Made by a program: the position numbers and the translations under genes
Notes under the pieces: model-generated
What the model was told of the DNA's origin: nothing
Database searches by the model: none
Seen by the model: the letters and a program-made list of their open reading frames with translations, nothing else
Shown: one piece after another, positions 1 to 8,210 of the stretch
Position numbering within the stretch: position 1 is the stretch's first letter
How the letters are laid out: each line of letters starts with the position of its first letter
Source: Thermincola sp.
GTDB lineage: Bacteria > Bacillota > Thermincolia > Thermincolales > UBA2595
Direction of reading: 5' to 3'
Assembly: GCA_032027005.1 (NCBI GenBank)
Contig: JAVSMW010000006.1
Location: forward strand, 111,268-137,542
Length of the DNA stretch: 26,275 nt

Positions 1-1
1 A

Positions 2-937
2 GACCTCGATAGCGGGCGGCAGACAATGGGCATCCACCGCATCCAGGTACGCGGTCCAAAACGTCTTGGAGTATACCTGGCCAGCCGGACGTCGACAGAA
101 TTTTACCGTCGGGCAGAAAAAAAGAATATGCCACTGCCCGTAGCCATTGTAGTCGGTGTCCACCCGGCGATTTTAATGGCATCAGTGGCATGGTATCCTT
201 TTGGGGACAAATTGTCCCTGGCCGGGAGCTACCTGGGGGAACCGGTCCGGCTGGTAAAAAGTTTCAGTAGTAGCCTGGAAGTTCCGTCTGAAGCAATGTT
301 TGTCATTGAGGGTGAGATTTTGCCGGGAGTTATGGAAAAGGACGGGCCTTTTGGCGAAAGTTCCGGTGTTTATGTTCCGGACATAACTAATACCATTCAG
401 GTGACCGCAATCACCATGCGGCGTGAACCGATTTTTTCCGCCTTTGTGCCATGGTCAGGCGAAGATGGGCTGGTTTTTTCTCATGCTTACGGCTCTTTTG
501 TTGTGCAAGAATTAAAGCGTTCTTTTCCGGCGGTTATTGGTCAGTGTTTTGATTTTCGATGCGGAGGATTACTGGTGGTCCAGATTGAAAGCATGGCCAG
601 AACCGAAGTGCGGCGTCTCCTTTACCATGTATTGGTCAACAACCCTTATGTGAAACAGGTTGTTGTCGTCAATGGGGATGTCGACATCTTTGATCAACAG
701 GAAGTGAACTGGGCAATTCTGACCCGTAGTCAGCCGGATATTGACTGGCTGATTCTGCCGGATATCCCAGGTTCACCGATTGATCCTTCGACGAGGCAAG
801 GGACGGGGTCCAAAGTGGGAATCGATGCTACTTATCCACCGGAAAAAGAGGAGATCTTTGCCAAAGTTGCACCGCCTGAACAGGCCCGGGCCAGGGCGAA
901 GGAAATTTTGGGCAAGGCCGGTTTTAATGTGGGCTAA
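2..937 (+). CDS. UbiD-family (prFMN-dependent) decarboxylase, C-terminal ~310 aa; the 5' end is off the left edge of the window
   Basis: The frame is open from nt 2, with no stop before the ATG at 26. UbiD hallmark blocks are present: MGIHRIQV, MPLPVAIVVGVHPA, VIEGEILPG..KDGPFGESSGVY, ITMRREPIF, VVVVNGDVDIFD..VNWAILTR, GIDATYP. It is shorter and more canonical than the other paralogues here. Confidence 0.85.
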   Translation, partial: DLDSGRQTMGIHRIQVRGPKRLGVYLASRTSTEFYRRAEKKNMPLPVAIVVGVHPAILMASVAWYPFGDKLSLAGSYLGEPVRLVKSFSSSLEVPSEAMFVIEGEILPGVMEKDGPFGESSGVYVPDITNTIQVTAITMRREPIFSAFVPWSGEDGLVFSHAYGSFVVQELKRSFPAVIGQCFDFRCGGLLVVQIESMARTEVRRLLYHVLVNNPYVKQVVVVNGDVDIFDQQEVNWAILTRSQPDIDWLILPDIPGSPIDPSTRQGTGSKVGIDATYPPEKEEIFAKVAPPEQARARAKEILGKAGFNVG

Positions 938-1115
938 AAAGCTTAGCCTGCTCCAGTTTTGATGTAATGAGTTATTGATGTTATGCTTGTACAAATTTTT
1001 TATCAGGATATTTCGTATGCAAAATAATTCTCTGAAGAAAATCTTTTCGGCGTAAATACCATTGGAAACAGGCGATAATCGCGTTTAAGTGATGAAATGG
1101 AGGAGGGCGCTAAGT

Positions 1116-2540
1116 ATGAATTATAGGCAATTCCTGGATTGTTTAGAACGGCAGGGGGAGTTAAAACAGGTAGACCGGGAAGTGGATTGGAACCTGGAGG
1201 CGGCGGCGGTTTTGGCCATGGTTTACCGGATGGAAGGACCGGCAGTACTGTTCAATAAGATCAAGGGTTATCCGCCGGGATACCGGATGGCCGGAGCTCT
1301 ATACTCGGGACCGCGCCGCCAGCCGTGGCGGAAATTGGCCATGGCGCTGGACATCGACCCCGACGGCGGTTACCGGAAATGGCTGGAGGAGTTTAATCGC
1401 CGCCTGGATCATCCGATCAAACCGGTAGTTGTTCCGGATGGACTCTGCAAGGAAGTAATTCTTACCGGCGAGGAGGCGGATATCTTTAAACTGCCTATTC
1501 CGTACCTGCATTTAGGCGACGGGGGCCGTTACGGCGGCACGCTGCCGGTAACCGTCACGCGTCACCCGGTCCGGGACTGGGTCAACGCCGGCAACTACCG
1601 CTGGATGGCCCATGACAAACACAGGCTGGGTGGAGACTTTCAGCCAGGACAGCATATGGCGGATATGTATTTTGTTTACGAAAAAAAGGGTGAAGCTATG
1701 CCGTTCTGTATGGCCATGGGTGTCAACCCGGCCCTGGATATTGCCGCAGGGGTTTCTTTACCGGTAGGAGCTAATGAATATGACGTGGCGGGGGGACTGC
1801 AGGAAGAGCCTCTCCAACTGGTGAAAGCCGAAACCAACGATCTGCTGGTCCCGGCGGATGCCGAGATCATCATCGAAGGTGAAGTGCGACCGCATGAAAG
1901 GCTCGAAGAAGGTCCCTTCGGCGAGTATGACGGCTTTATGACTACGCGGCTTCCCCAACCGGTCTACCACATTAAAGCTATAACCCACCGCCGGAATCCG
2001 ATCTTGCCGGTAGCTCCGGAAGGGTATCGCTTCAATGATACCGGTGCCATGTCGTGCGCCATCCTCTCGCCGGTCCTGCAGTGGCGGCTGGAAAAAGATG
2101 GCTTTAATGATGTATTGTTTTACAATATCCCGGAGGCTTCCTGGGCGTGGCCGGTGGTGGCCACCAAGCCTATTTCCGATACCGACCTGGGGAAATTAGT
2201 TTCTGCCGTCTGGTCGGTACCGACCATGGGGTGGCTGGATAAACTGTTGCTGGTTGATGAGGATGTGGATATTACCAGTACCGAGGAACTTCTAGAGATT
2301 TTGGGTACCCGCCTGCAAGCGGATCGGGTATATCAGAGCAAACCCAATAAACCCATCTCCTTTATTGCCGCTTGGGCTACAGAAGAAGAGCTGCGGCGGG
2401 GTCTGGCCAACGCTTTGACGTATGATTGTGTTACGCGGCCGGAGGAGGACAAACCGGAGAAAATAACCATTGAAACCCTGTTGACGCCGGCAACGCGGGA
2501 ATGGCTGGACAATTTTTGGCTCCGGGCAGTTTCCCAGTAA
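1116..2540 (+). CDS. UbiD-like carboxylase/decarboxylase, alpha-type (module A)
   Basis: The ORF runs 1089..2540. I prefer the ATG at 1116 because GGAGGAGGG sits 8 nt upstream. UbiD blocks: FLDCLERQGEL, HLGDGGRY, WVNAGNYR, MPFCMAMGVNPA, NDLLVPADAEIIIEGEV..EEGPFGEYDGF, ITHRRNPILP, LLLVDEDVDI. Confidence 0.9.
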   Translation: MNYRQFLDCLERQGELKQVDREVDWNLEAAAVLAMVYRMEGPAVLFNKIKGYPPGYRMAGALYSGPRRQPWRKLAMALDIDPDGGYRKWLEEFNRRLDHPIKPVVVPDGLCKEVILTGEEADIFKLPIPYLHLGDGGRYGGTLPVTVTRHPVRDWVNAGNYRWMAHDKHRLGGDFQPGQHMADMYFVYEKKGEAMPFCMAMGVNPALDIAAGVSLPVGANEYDVAGGLQEEPLQLVKAETNDLLVPADAEIIIEGEVRPHERLEEGPFGEYDGFMTTRLPQPVYHIKAITHRRNPILPVAPEGYRFNDTGAMSCAILSPVLQWRLEKDGFNDVLFYNIPEASWAWPVVATKPISDTDLGKLVSAVWSVPTMGWLDKLLLVDEDVDITSTEELLEILGTRLQADRVYQSKPNKPISFIAAWATEEELRRGLANALTYDCVTRPEEDKPEKITIETLLTPATREWLDNFWLRAVSQ

Positions 2541-2597
2541 ACGGCGGGAAAGGCCGCAAGATTTACAAGTAAATAAATGAGGTAAAGGAGGATAATT

Positions 2598-4145
2598 ATG
2601 CTTTTCCGGGATTTTCTCGACGAACTTAAGCGCTGCGGTGAATTAACCGAAATAGCGGAAAAGATACATTGGGACCAGGAAGTGGCTGCGGTTACTGCCA
2701 TGTCCCAGCAGAAGGGTGGGGCGGCCCTCCATTTTACTCAAGTGCAGGACGGAAACGGTTCGTCGCTGGTTGGAGCTCTGTTTTCCGGACCGGGTACTTT
2801 ATACGGCAATCCTGGCGGTAGGACCCCTTGGACGAAGATGGCCATCGCGCTCGGTTTTAATCGCGATATTTCCTACGAGGAATTATGCGAGGAGTTACTC
2901 AAACGCCGGGAGCGACCGATGCGCCCTACTGTGGTCTCTTCGGGACCGTGCAAAGAGGTGGTAAAAGTTGACGATGAGGCGAGTCTTGCCGATTTTCCCT
3001 TTCCCAGGCACTACGCCAAGGACGGAGGCCGTTACCTGACGGCGGGCGTACTGGCAGTGAAAGATTATTACGGTCGCTGGGCTAACTGGGGAGTGTATCG
3101 CGCCATGGTGCTTTCGCCACGCGAACTGGTAGTCAACATCAGCCCTGAATCCCAGGCCGGTCGGCTGCTCGCGGAATACGAACAGCACGGCAAGCCGATG
3201 CCCTGCTGCTTCTTTTTAGGAGGTAATCCCGCGGCTTTTGTCGCCGCGGCGGCACCGGTGCCTGAAGGCATCTGGGAGGCGGAAATGGCGGGTGCGTACA
3301 TCCAAAATCCGCTGGAACTGACCAGCGCGGTAACCAACGACCTGCTGATCCCGGCAGATGCCGAAATGGTAATCGAAGGAATGATTATGCCGGGCGAGCG
3401 CCATGCCGAGGGCCCGTTCCCGGAATACGTCAGGTATGCTCCACCCCGGCCCCGGCCAGTGATGCGGATAACTGCAATTACCCACCGCAAAAGTCCGGTG
3501 CTTCCATTCGTAGCCGAAGGTTGCAAGGTGAGTGATTCCATGGCGCTGCGCTCAGTGCTGGCTTCCGTTGAACTGCTGTACAAAGTGCGCACTCAGACCC
3601 AGCTTCGGGTCAGGTGGATCTACCTGCCGGTAGAGAGTCGGCTTTCAATTTGCGTGGTCGGGTGTGATCCTTTCTATCGGGGGCACAACTTCTGGGTAGC
3701 CAATGTACTTAGCCGGTACAAGGAGATGGCCTGGTTTGACAAAATCCTGATGGTGGACAGCGACATTAATCCGTCGGACATGACGGAAGTAGTAAACGAT
3801 TGGGCTCAGAAAACCAGGCCCGAAAAAGGTTATGGCTTCTGGGCGGAAGAATATTCCCACGCTGCTGGGCGCACCGCCGCTTATGCCGGGGAAGGGGAAC
3901 CGACGCGAACGGTTGTCTGGGACTGTTGCTGGGACGATAGCTGGAAAAAAGAACAGATCAGGGCCAGGGTCAGTTTTGAAAGCTCCTTCCCGACGGAACT
4001 CCAGGAGAAGGTGGTCAGTTTCTGGCCCGAGTACGGGCTGCCCGGCAAACCGTTTAAAAAACTTGTAGAGCCTTCCTGGACCCGCGGGCCGCTGCACCCG
4101 CCTGAATTCACAAAAATACCGGGAATAGGAGGTGAAGACCAGTGA
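2598..4145 (+). CDS. UbiD-like protein, divergent beta-type (module A)
   Basis: AAGGAGG lies 6 nt before the ATG at 2598. UbiD fold blocks are kept: FRDFLDELKRCGEL, AKDGGRY, WANWGVYR, NDLLIPADAEMVIEG, ITHRKSPVLPF, ILMVDSDIN. The acidic loop reads EGPFPEYVRYA (nt 3408-3440) instead of EGPFGEYxGY. The C-terminal extension RVSFESSFPTELQEKVVSFWPEYGL is shared only with 8211..9707. Confidence 0.88.
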   Translation: MLFRDFLDELKRCGELTEIAEKIHWDQEVAAVTAMSQQKGGAALHFTQVQDGNGSSLVGALFSGPGTLYGNPGGRTPWTKMAIALGFNRDISYEELCEELLKRRERPMRPTVVSSGPCKEVVKVDDEASLADFPFPRHYAKDGGRYLTAGVLAVKDYYGRWANWGVYRAMVLSPRELVVNISPESQAGRLLAEYEQHGKPMPCCFFLGGNPAAFVAAAAPVPEGIWEAEMAGAYIQNPLELTSAVTNDLLIPADAEMVIEGMIMPGERHAEGPFPEYVRYAPPRPRPVMRITAITHRKSPVLPFVAEGCKVSDSMALRSVLASVELLYKVRTQTQLRVRWIYLPVESRLSICVVGCDPFYRGHNFWVANVLSRYKEMAWFDKILMVDSDINPSDMTEVVNDWAQKTRPEKGYGFWAEEYSHAAGRTAAYAGEGEPTRTVVWDCCWDDSWKKEQIRARVSFESSFPTELQEKVVSFWPEYGLPGKPFKKLVEPSWTRGPLHPPEFTKIPGIGGEDQ

Positions 4146-5074
4146 GCGAAAAACATGCTGCCGGATTACGGGAGTTGCAGGCGGTAAATATCAGCATGAG
4201 CTGCGATCTTGCTTGCGAGCGCTGCGAACGGTTTTTTGACTGCGAGGCTCCCCAGAAGCACGATATCTACAAGCGGGGGCGGATGGAAAAAGCCCGCCGG
4301 AATATGGAAAGAGTGCGCTATAAAATAGCTATTGTTGGGGGAAAGGGCGGGGTTGGCAAATCGACCCTGACGGCTAACCTGGCCTGTGCTCTGGCTAACG
4401 ACGGTAACCGGACCAGCGTTCTGGACCAGGATTTCGACGGGCCGACCATTCCGCGCATGCTGGGGGTAACTGATAAAAAAATGATGTTTTCCGAAAAGGG
4501 CATCCAGCCCGTGGAGGGGATATTGGGGATCCAGGTGGTTTCGACAGGCTGTGTTGTCGGCACCGATGAGGTGCTGACCTGGTTTCATGACATGCGGCGG
4601 GGCGCCACTGAGGAATTCCTGGCTCACGTGGATTACGGGGAACGGGATTACCTGCTGATCGACCTGCCGCCAGGGACCAGCTCGGATTCGGTAAACCTTA
4701 TGCAGTATATTCCCGACCTGGCCGGGGCAATTATTATTACCGTTCCCTCTGATGTATCCCAGGTAGTGGCCCGCAAGGCCGCACTGCTCTGCGGGAAAGC
4801 GGGAGTACCGATTCTGGGTGTGGTTGAAAACATGAGCGGGTTTGTTTGTCCTGACTGCGGGCGAGTAGTCAATATTTTCCGTAGCGGAGGAGGAGAAAAA
4901 CTCGCCGAATCTCTGGGTGTTCCTTTCATGGGGAATATTCCCCTTGATGCCAAGCTCAGTGATGCGGCGGACAGTGGCCGACCTTATGTCTTAGATTACC
5001 CGGATAGCCCTGCGTCCAAAGCTTTGCAAGGGATAGCTGCTTACTTGAGGGAGATACTGGAAAAGAAGAATTAA
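4142..5074 (+). CDS. Mrp/Nbp35-family P-loop ATPase with N-terminal 4-Cys motif (paralogue 1 of 5)
   Basis: The GTG start overlaps the upstream stop (GTGA), and AGGAGGTG lies 7 nt upstream. It has the deviant Walker A GGKGGVGKST and DLPPGTSSD (canonical Mrp has DxPPGTGD). The N-terminal motif is C21-x3-C25-x2-C28-x5-C34 (nt 4202-4243). A C-terminal CPDCG is present. Confidence 0.9.
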   Translation: MSEKHAAGLRELQAVNISMSCDLACERCERFFDCEAPQKHDIYKRGRMEKARRNMERVRYKIAIVGGKGGVGKSTLTANLACALANDGNRTSVLDQDFDGPTIPRMLGVTDKKMMFSEKGIQPVEGILGIQVVSTGCVVGTDEVLTWFHDMRRGATEEFLAHVDYGERDYLLIDLPPGTSSDSVNLMQYIPDLAGAIIITVPSDVSQVVARKAALLCGKAGVPILGVVENMSGFVCPDCGRVVNIFRSGGGEKLAESLGVPFMGNIPLDAKLSDAADSGRPYVLDYPDSPASKALQGIAAYLREILEKKN

Positions 5075-5082
5075 TTTTTTAT

Positions 5083-5115
5083 GGCCGGTTGAGGTATCGA
5101 CCGGCCTGCTATTTT
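5083..5115 (+). terminator. Rho-independent terminator candidate ending module A
   Basis: The stem GGCCGGT (5083-5089) pairs with ACCGGCC (5100-5106) around a 10-nt loop. It is followed by TGCTATTTT. Confidence 0.6.
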
Positions 5116-5238
5116 GTGCGCTCGTTATGGTTGTTAAAAGTTAAAAAAAGAAAATAATCTTGTCTTAAGAGGTTAGAACCGTTAAAGCTTAATTTTGTCC
5201 AATTTAACCTATGATTTGTGCAGTTGCCAACTTAATAA

Positions 5239-5266
5239 TTGTCTAAATGCAAAGATGTTATATAAT
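5239..5266 (+). promoter_or_regulatory. SigA-type promoter candidate (cassette copy 1)
   Basis: TTGTCT (5239-5244), a 16-nt spacer, then TATAAT (5261-5266). Confidence 0.45.
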
Positions 5267-5381
5267 TAAAACACACTTAATCTGGAAATTAACAAAATAA
5301 TAATAGCATTAAATTAGCGTGCGAACTGGGACCTGTTGTGGCGGGGGAGTGAATGGATTCGGCGGTTTGATTGCAAAACAA

Positions 5382-5395
5382 GTTCGTATACGAAC
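5382..5395. promoter_or_regulatory. Perfect 14-bp palindrome GTTCGTATACGAAC, candidate operator
   Basis: The sequence is self-complementary. Related copies lie at 6047-6060, 6069-6082, 16174-16187 and, more weakly, 16238-16251. Confidence 0.5.
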
Positions 5396-5732
5396 AAAAC
5401 TGGTGAATATTTAATACATATAAAGTGATTTCCGGCTATAAAATAAATGAACTCCAGATATGGTCTAATATCAGGGAACGGCAAAAAATGCTCGAAATAT
5501 TACAGGAATGGGAATGCGTAGATAACTTTGAACACTGTATTCGTAGAAAATCCGGAGAAACAATTTGTGAGATACTTGCGGTGTGGCTTATGACAATGAC
5601 AAGTATCACAGTTTCAGAGTGTTTTAGGAAGAAAAAAAGGGGGTAGATGAAAATGAAAATAAATACTATTAACCGTTAAATCTCAATTTTGTTCAATTTA
5701 ACCTAAGATTTGTGCAGTTGCCAACAAAATAA

Positions 5733-5760
5733 TTGCCTAGAAATAACGATGTTATATAAT
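5733..5760 (+). promoter_or_regulatory. SigA-type promoter candidate (cassette copy 2), likely driving 5845..6069 and module B
   Basis: TTGCCT (5733-5738), a 16-nt spacer, then TATAAT (5755-5760). Confidence 0.5.
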
Positions 5761-5844
5761 TAAACCATACATAAATCTGGAAACTGAAAAAAATAATAGT
5801 ATTTAACTAGCGTGCGAACAATTTGTGAACAGGAGGTGAAATTG

Positions 5845-6069
5845 ATGTTTAAAAAACAAAATACTACAATACCTAAAATGGGAGAAAAACTAGCAAAAAT
5901 TACCGAAGCAATTGCCGAAAAGGAAAACTCAAGAATCGAAGAAAAAACTTACCGTAGAAATTGTTATGAGGTTTTTCCATTTCTGACTGGAACCTGTTGT
6001 GGCGGGGGAGGGGATGGATTCGGCGGTTTGTTTGATTACAAAACTAGTTCGTATACAAACAAAAACTAG
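5845..6069 (+). CDS. Small hypothetical protein (74 aa) with a Cys/Gly-rich C-terminal segment (GTCCGGGGDGFGGLFDY)
   Basis: AGGAGGTG (5831-5838) lies 6 nt before the ATG at 5845, downstream of the promoter candidate. I recognise no domain. The 3' third lies in repeat part B and runs into the operator-like repeats. Confidence 0.4.
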   Translation: MFKKQNTTIPKMGEKLAKITEAIAEKENSRIEEKTYRRNCYEVFPFLTGTCCGGGGDGFGGLFDYKTSSYTNKN

Positions 6070-6082
6070 TTCGTATACAAAC
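6047..6082. promoter_or_regulatory. Two tandem operator-like sites GTTCGTATACAAAC with starts 22 bp apart
   Basis: The direct repeat AAAACTAGTTCGTATACAAACA occurs twice (sites 6047-6060 and 6069-6082). Each site is a 13/14 match to the 5382 palindrome. Confidence 0.5.
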
Positions 6083-6277
6083 AAAAAAAGTTCTCGCACA
6101 ATCAAAAATTATTCGCATCCGAAGCTAGGATAAGTTTTCGGGACCAGGGTGGCGAAAATGTGTGGGAAATTTAAATAAAAATAATATTTGCCAATTTAAG
6201 AAGGGGGTGAAGCTTATGTTGTGAAGAACTTCAGTGGAGCCCGAATAAAACACATTAATAGGAGGTGCACAACTTTA

Positions 6278-7822
6278 ATGGCAGTAAAAAGAATTGATGA
6301 TCTGAGAGATTACCTTGATGTTCTGGATCAAATGGGTGAAATATGTCATGTTAAGGATGAAGTTGACTGGAAACTGGAAATGACGGGAATTGGAGCTATG
6401 TCCAACCGTATCGACGACAAAATCCCACTCTTTGAAAACATTAAAGGCTACCCCAAAGGTACCAGGGCGTCAACTGACCTCTACCGTGGCAGCCACGGAG
6501 CTTTGTGGCGGCGGATGGCCTTGTCCATCGGCTTATCCCCGGAAATTTCCTATTCAGATTACATGGATGAATACATTAACCGTTTCAATCACCCGATCCG
6601 CCCCATTGCCGTGGATAAGGGTTCATGCCAGGACGTTGTACTGATCGGGAAAGATGTCGATGTTTTAAAAACACTTCCGGTTCCGTATATCCACGACGGT
6701 GACGGCGGTCGTTACCTGACCATGCACGCGATGATTGTCAAGGATCCTGATTCGGAATGGGTCAACTGGGCCAATTACCGTGCACTAGTTAATACCAAGA
6801 ATAAGATCAGCTTTCTCTTCTGCCCTGGCCAGCAAAACCCCAACCTTTACTATTATAAGTATGAAGCTAGGAACCAGCCCATGCCGGTTGCCATAGCCAT
6901 TGGCGGGCACCCTGCGGTTTGGTATATGGCCACAACTCCATTGCCAGCAGGGGTCAGTGAGGTCGATTATATCGGCGGCATGATCCAAAAACCGGTTGAG
7001 TTGGTCAAGTGCGTGACGAATGATCTTTATGTGCCAGCAAATGCGGAGTATGTGATTGAGGGCGTTATGATGCCCCACGAACGCATTGATGAAGGTCCGT
7101 TCGGTGAGTATCTTGGTTACATGCACGGCCCGCGCCGTCCGATGCCTTTTGTTCGGGCTACGGCCATTACCCACCGGAAAAACCCGATCCTGCCGATCTG
7201 CGTTGAGGGAACCGGGGTAGGGGAGTCGAATAACGTCTGCAATACCAGTTTCAACGCTCTGTTAACCCCAGCGCTAATGGTTTTCCTGCGGCAGCTAGGT
7301 TATCCGGTCAAGTTTGTAACTGGTCCCGAACTTAACGCGTGGTCATCCCTGATTGCGGCTACCAAAATTCCTTATCCCGGGTATGCCAAAGAATTAGGCG
7401 AACTGCTACTGACCTGTCCCGGACCTTCCATGTACTATGACCTTACTTTCCTAGTGGATGAAGATATTGACATTACCGATATGGAAAAAGTTTGGGAAGA
7501 AATTGTTTTAAAAGCCCATCCAACAAAGGATTGGAATAACTTCGGCGACGCTGAAGCGCCAAGGTCGTCGCTGAATATCTACCAGACAGCCGAAGAAAAA
7601 GGAGCCCTAGCTAAGGCGTCCTCCAAGGGAAAAACGTCAAAATGCTGGATTGACGCCACAACCAAGGAATGGAACGAAACTACGGACGGACCGAAACGCA
7701 TGGAGTTCGATCTTTTATATCCGACCACTAAGGATTGGGTGACCAGCAACAAAGAAAAATACGACCTGCCAAAATATAAGGATTTCCGTGAGGAAGGTTT
7801 ACGCTGGATTGAACAAAAATAA
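6278..7822 (+). CDS. UbiD-like carboxylase/decarboxylase, alpha-type (module B)
   Basis: The ORF runs 6221..7822. I prefer the ATG at 6278 because AGGAGGTG sits 9 nt upstream. UbiD blocks: LRDYLDVLDQMGEI, HDGDGGRY, WVNWANYR, MPVAIAIGGHPA, NDLYVPANAEYVIEGVM..DEGPFGEYLGYM, ITHRKNPILP, FLVDEDIDI. Confidence 0.9.
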   Translation: MAVKRIDDLRDYLDVLDQMGEICHVKDEVDWKLEMTGIGAMSNRIDDKIPLFENIKGYPKGTRASTDLYRGSHGALWRRMALSIGLSPEISYSDYMDEYINRFNHPIRPIAVDKGSCQDVVLIGKDVDVLKTLPVPYIHDGDGGRYLTMHAMIVKDPDSEWVNWANYRALVNTKNKISFLFCPGQQNPNLYYYKYEARNQPMPVAIAIGGHPAVWYMATTPLPAGVSEVDYIGGMIQKPVELVKCVTNDLYVPANAEYVIEGVMMPHERIDEGPFGEYLGYMHGPRRPMPFVRATAITHRKNPILPICVEGTGVGESNNVCNTSFNALLTPALMVFLRQLGYPVKFVTGPELNAWSSLIAATKIPYPGYAKELGELLLTCPGPSMYYDLTFLVDEDIDITDMEKVWEEIVLKAHPTKDWNNFGDAEAPRSSLNIYQTAEEKGALAKASSKGKTSKCWIDATTKEWNETTDGPKRMEFDLLYPTTKDWVTSNKEKYDLPKYKDFREEGLRWIEQK

Positions 7823-7888
7823 GGTCGGGTTATAATATCCAGACCTTAAAAACCAAAACATCAAAATATAGGAGGTGCATAGTTAGAT

Positions 7889-8185
7889 ATGGCCAAGTAT
7901 GAGATGTGGGTTAAAGAGCTAAAAAGATTCAGGAATGAAATTCAGGATGGGACACCGGTAAAAGTGGATGTTCGAGACGAGAGCCTGAACTGGCATGCAG
8001 TGATAGCCATTATTTCGGAAACCCCGATCAAGGATGGAGTAGAAACAGTGATAGTTGGGGAAGGTGGACCGGTTTCCTATGTCAACAAGCCGGTATACCT
8101 TAAAATTGTCGAAGAACTGGACGAAGACGACCAATATGTTATCAAAGATATGGACAGATACAACAAAAGACTGGGTGATGTCTAA
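7889..8185 (+). CDS. Small hypothetical protein (98 aa) between the alpha and beta UbiD genes; candidate small subunit
   Basis: AGGAGGTG lies upstream and the gene is tightly packed (66 nt and 25 nt gaps). It has an acidic C-terminal segment, YLKIVEELDEDDQYV. I recognise no domain. Confidence 0.6.
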   Translation: MAKYEMWVKELKRFRNEIQDGTPVKVDVRDESLNWHAVIAIISETPIKDGVETVIVGEGGPVSYVNKPVYLKIVEELDEDDQYVIKDMDRYNKRLGDV

Positions 8186-8210
8186 TAATAAGCAGGAGGT
8201 GTAGTCATAA

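Larger units (their letters stand above)
5150..5400 (+). repeat. Promoter/leader cassette, copy 1 (parts A+B contiguous)
   Basis: 5177-5326 aligns with 5671-5820 (part A) with scattered substitutions. 5327-5400 aligns with 5987-6065 (part B). It ends in the perfect palindrome at 5382-5395. Confidence 0.85.
5650..6085 (+). repeat. Promoter/leader cassette, copy 2 (parts A and B split by a 166-bp segment, 5821-5986)
   Basis: Part A (5671-5820) and part B (5987-6082) match copy 1. The intervening 5821-5986 has no counterpart in copy 1 and carries an SD plus ATG. Confidence 0.85.

Noticed and set aside
773-994. ORFs 773..994 (-) and 780..962 (+), which overlap the 3' end of the first UbiD gene.
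   Set aside because: They overlap a well-supported CDS in alternative frames. Their basic, low-complexity translations have no SD and no motif.
3068-3592. Long antisense ORFs inside the UbiD and ATPase genes. Examples are 3068..3592 (174 aa), 3645..4097, 4166..4627, 2333..2701, 11787..12239, 13859..14305 and 6785..7174, all on the - strand.
   Set aside because: Each lies entirely antisense to a CDS with strong family motifs. Their translations are Arg/Ser/Pro/Gly-rich or low-complexity, as expected from reading GC-rich coding DNA backwards. None has a convincing SD or a recognisable motif.
5425-5646. A 73-aa ORF between the two cassette copies (MISGYKINEL...; alternative start MLEILQEWEC... 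at 5485).
   Set aside because: No good SD precedes either start, and I see no recognisable domain in this AT-rich spacer. It could be real, since it lies downstream of the copy-1 promoter candidate, but I cannot support it from sequence alone.
5711-5726. The shared string TTGTGCAGTTGCCAAC (also at 5217-5232) as a possible sigma-54 (-24/-12) promoter.
   Set aside because: On neither strand does it give the GG-N10-GC spacing of TGGCAC-N5-TTGCW. It is more likely part of an UP, operator or -35-proximal element of the SigA-type promoter.
6040-6085. The tandem 22-bp repeats as a possible CRISPR or minisatellite.
   Set aside because: There are only two units with no spacer architecture. Each unit contains the palindromic operator-like core, so a regulatory site duplication is the simpler explanation.
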